A stretch of 64,000 nucleotides of DNA, taken from positions 166,760,410-166,824,409 of the forward strand of contig NC_052147.1 in the NCBI RefSeq assembly GCF_902713615.1. Reading direction: 5' to 3'. The stretch's first letter is position 1. Every line of letters begins with the position of its first letter. A program made the translations under genes and the position numbers. The notes under the pieces are model-generated. The model was not told where the DNA came from. It saw only the letters and a program-made list of their open reading frames with translations, and searched no databases. This stretch comes from Scyliorhinus canicula (Eukaryota). This document shows, in pieces, positions 62,101 to 64,000 of this stretch.

Positions 62101-64000
62101 ACCATATCCAGTCAAGGTGTCAGGCCAGATGATGCCAAGATTTCTGCAATCCAGAATATGAAAACGCCCCAGGATAAAAAGGCTGTGCGAAGATTTCTGG
62201 GCTTTGTAAACTTCTAGGGCAAGTTTATCTTGAACCTGTCCACGAGGACGTCAGCTTTACACAATTTGATAAGGATGACCACCAACTTTAAATGGACACA
62301 AAGTCACCATATTATTAATGGGTGGATCTCAAGCATCAACTAATGACTGCACCAATTCTTGCTTTTTCAACCCAACTAGAGCAACCAAGATGCCCACTGA
62401 TGAAAGTCAGGGTGGAATAGGAGCAGTTCTTTTACAGCAGGATGACCAATCTGATTGGGTTCCTGCTGCATATGCTTCAAGGGCTATGACTGCAACAGAG
62501 TGCAGATATACACAGGTAGAAAAGGAATGTCTCGGGTTACTCACGGGAATACTGAAATTCCAGGACTATGTGTATGGGCTTCCAACCTTTATAGTGGAAG
62601 CGGATCACAGGCCGTTGGTCCACATCACTGAGAAGAATTTAAATGACATGACTCCTCGCCTACAGTGCATCATGATGAAGTTAAGGATTTCAACTTGGTA
62701 TACACTGCGGGAAAAGATCTCATCATTGCTAATACGTTATCCAGATCAATTGACACAGAAAGTTCACCACCAGAATTTATTAGAGACATCGAAGCTCAAA
62801 CGCAGTTATGCGCGGAGAATCTTCCGGCATCTGAAGAGACGCGACAACTGATTGGTCAAGAAACAAAGAAAGATGCAACCTTGCTAAGGGTGATGCACTA
62901 TTTCCAGCATAGTTGGCCAAAGGGACGATGTCTACAATATCAAAACATTCAGACCGAGTTAAAAGTAGTTGATGGGCTATTGTTACGCAATGACAAAATA
63001 GTAATTCCACTGAGTCTGTGCTCTGAGATGCTACACAAGATTTACAAGGGACATCTCGGAATCGAGAAATGTAAGAGGAGAGCATGACAGACAGTTTACT
63101 GGCCTGGCATCAACAAAAAGATAACTGACACGGTCATGACATGTGATACCTGTCGGAAGCATCAACCTGTACAGTGTAAAGAGACACTTCAGCAACATGA
63201 GTTACCAACGTCACTACGGACAAAAGTAGGCATCGATCTGTTCCAGGCTACGTTCTCATCATGGACTACTACTCAAACTTTCCGGAAGTTATGAACCTTC
63301 CTGATCTTACTTCTTCATCTGTCATAAAGGCTTTTTTCACGACATGGGATTCCGCACACTGTAATGTTCGATGTTTCGCGAATTGGGAATTGACAGAGGT
63401 TTCAAATAACTACAACTTTTGTCATGTGACATCTAGTCCACACTACTCCCAACCCAATGGGAAAGCTGGAAACTGTTTTCACATCATCAAACAACTTATC
63501 AGTAAAGTGAATGATTAACAATCTGACATACACTTGGCTTTGTTATCGTACCGAGCAACTCCATTACGCTCAGGACTGTCACCAGCTCAGATGCTTTTTA
63601 ACAGAGACTGCCGAACAACTTTACCTGCAATACAACTCAAAGATCCTGATCACTTGTATGTTCTCAACAAAATCAAAGAACAATGTTCTAAACAGTGACA
63701 ATGCTATGATCAGCACACAATCAAGCTCAAACCCACTGACAAAAGATGAGACTGTCAGACTAAGAAATCCAGAGGGAGGATGGTCTGCTCTAGCCACTGT
63801 ACTCAGGCAAACAGCACTGCCATCCTACATCGCCAAATCAGCTGAGGGCGCGATTTTATGACGCAACCGGCAAGATCTACTAAAGATTCGACTTCAATCA
63901 CCAGATTTCCTACATTGAATCTAAATGAGCCACTCATTCGACAAAATTTACTTCACAGCAAGACGACAGACGACGTTCACAATGGCATTAAAATATCCAC
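59193..64000 (+). mobile_element. Ty3/gypsy LTR retrotransposon, decayed; runs off the window
   Basis: 5' LTR TGTAG...TAACA at 59193-59583 and PBS TGGTACCAGG (tRNA-Leu-like). Gag with zinc knuckle CLKCGKLNHYASQC, protease LDTGASAN, RT remnants, RNase H (TDESQGGIGAVL, EKECL, DHRPL) and integrase (GHLGIEKC, SSPHYSQPNGKA). Many stops. Confidence 0.9.
60771..61046 (-). mobile_element. Rex/Babar-like LINE 3' end nested in the gypsy element
   Basis: Minus strand ACAGCTTCTTCCCCACTGTCACCAGACTCCT...TTTTCACTGTACCTTGGTACACGTGACAATAAA followed by a (TCCAA)n tail. Same family as 9010-9300. Confidence 0.7.

Overview
Vertebrate genomic DNA, most likely from a shark or ray; this is inferred from HE1/V-SINE-type SINEs, CR1 LINEs and the crystallin type. 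The backbone is a tandem array of three intact, 3-exon gamma-crystallin genes on the + strand (ATG at 9819, 25942 and 52377; 175 aa each). All three have a GC-AG first intron. The duplication unit is roughly 9 kb before insertions, and partial units at both window ends predict further copies outside it. The units are inflated by nested transposons. These are: one apparently intact PIF/Harbinger element (1-3616, intact DDE transposase plus the end of its convergent partner gene); one Harbinger insertion duplicated with the array (15843-23948 and 35376-48494); a Penelope-like element with two minimal hammerhead ribozymes; a Gmr1-type LTR element with integrase before RT; a second gypsy element; solo LTRs; Harbinger and hAT MITEs; and LINE fragments and SINEs. 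Comparing empty and filled sites between paralogous units gives exact ends and TSDs for many insertions. The most notable observations are crystallin exons that are nearly identical at synonymous sites while flanks differ by about 9%, a near-perfect inverted duplication of a Harbinger Myb/SANT exon that could make hairpin RNA, and the hammerhead ribozymes. I see no clearly new biological system. All alignments were done by eye and no searches were run.
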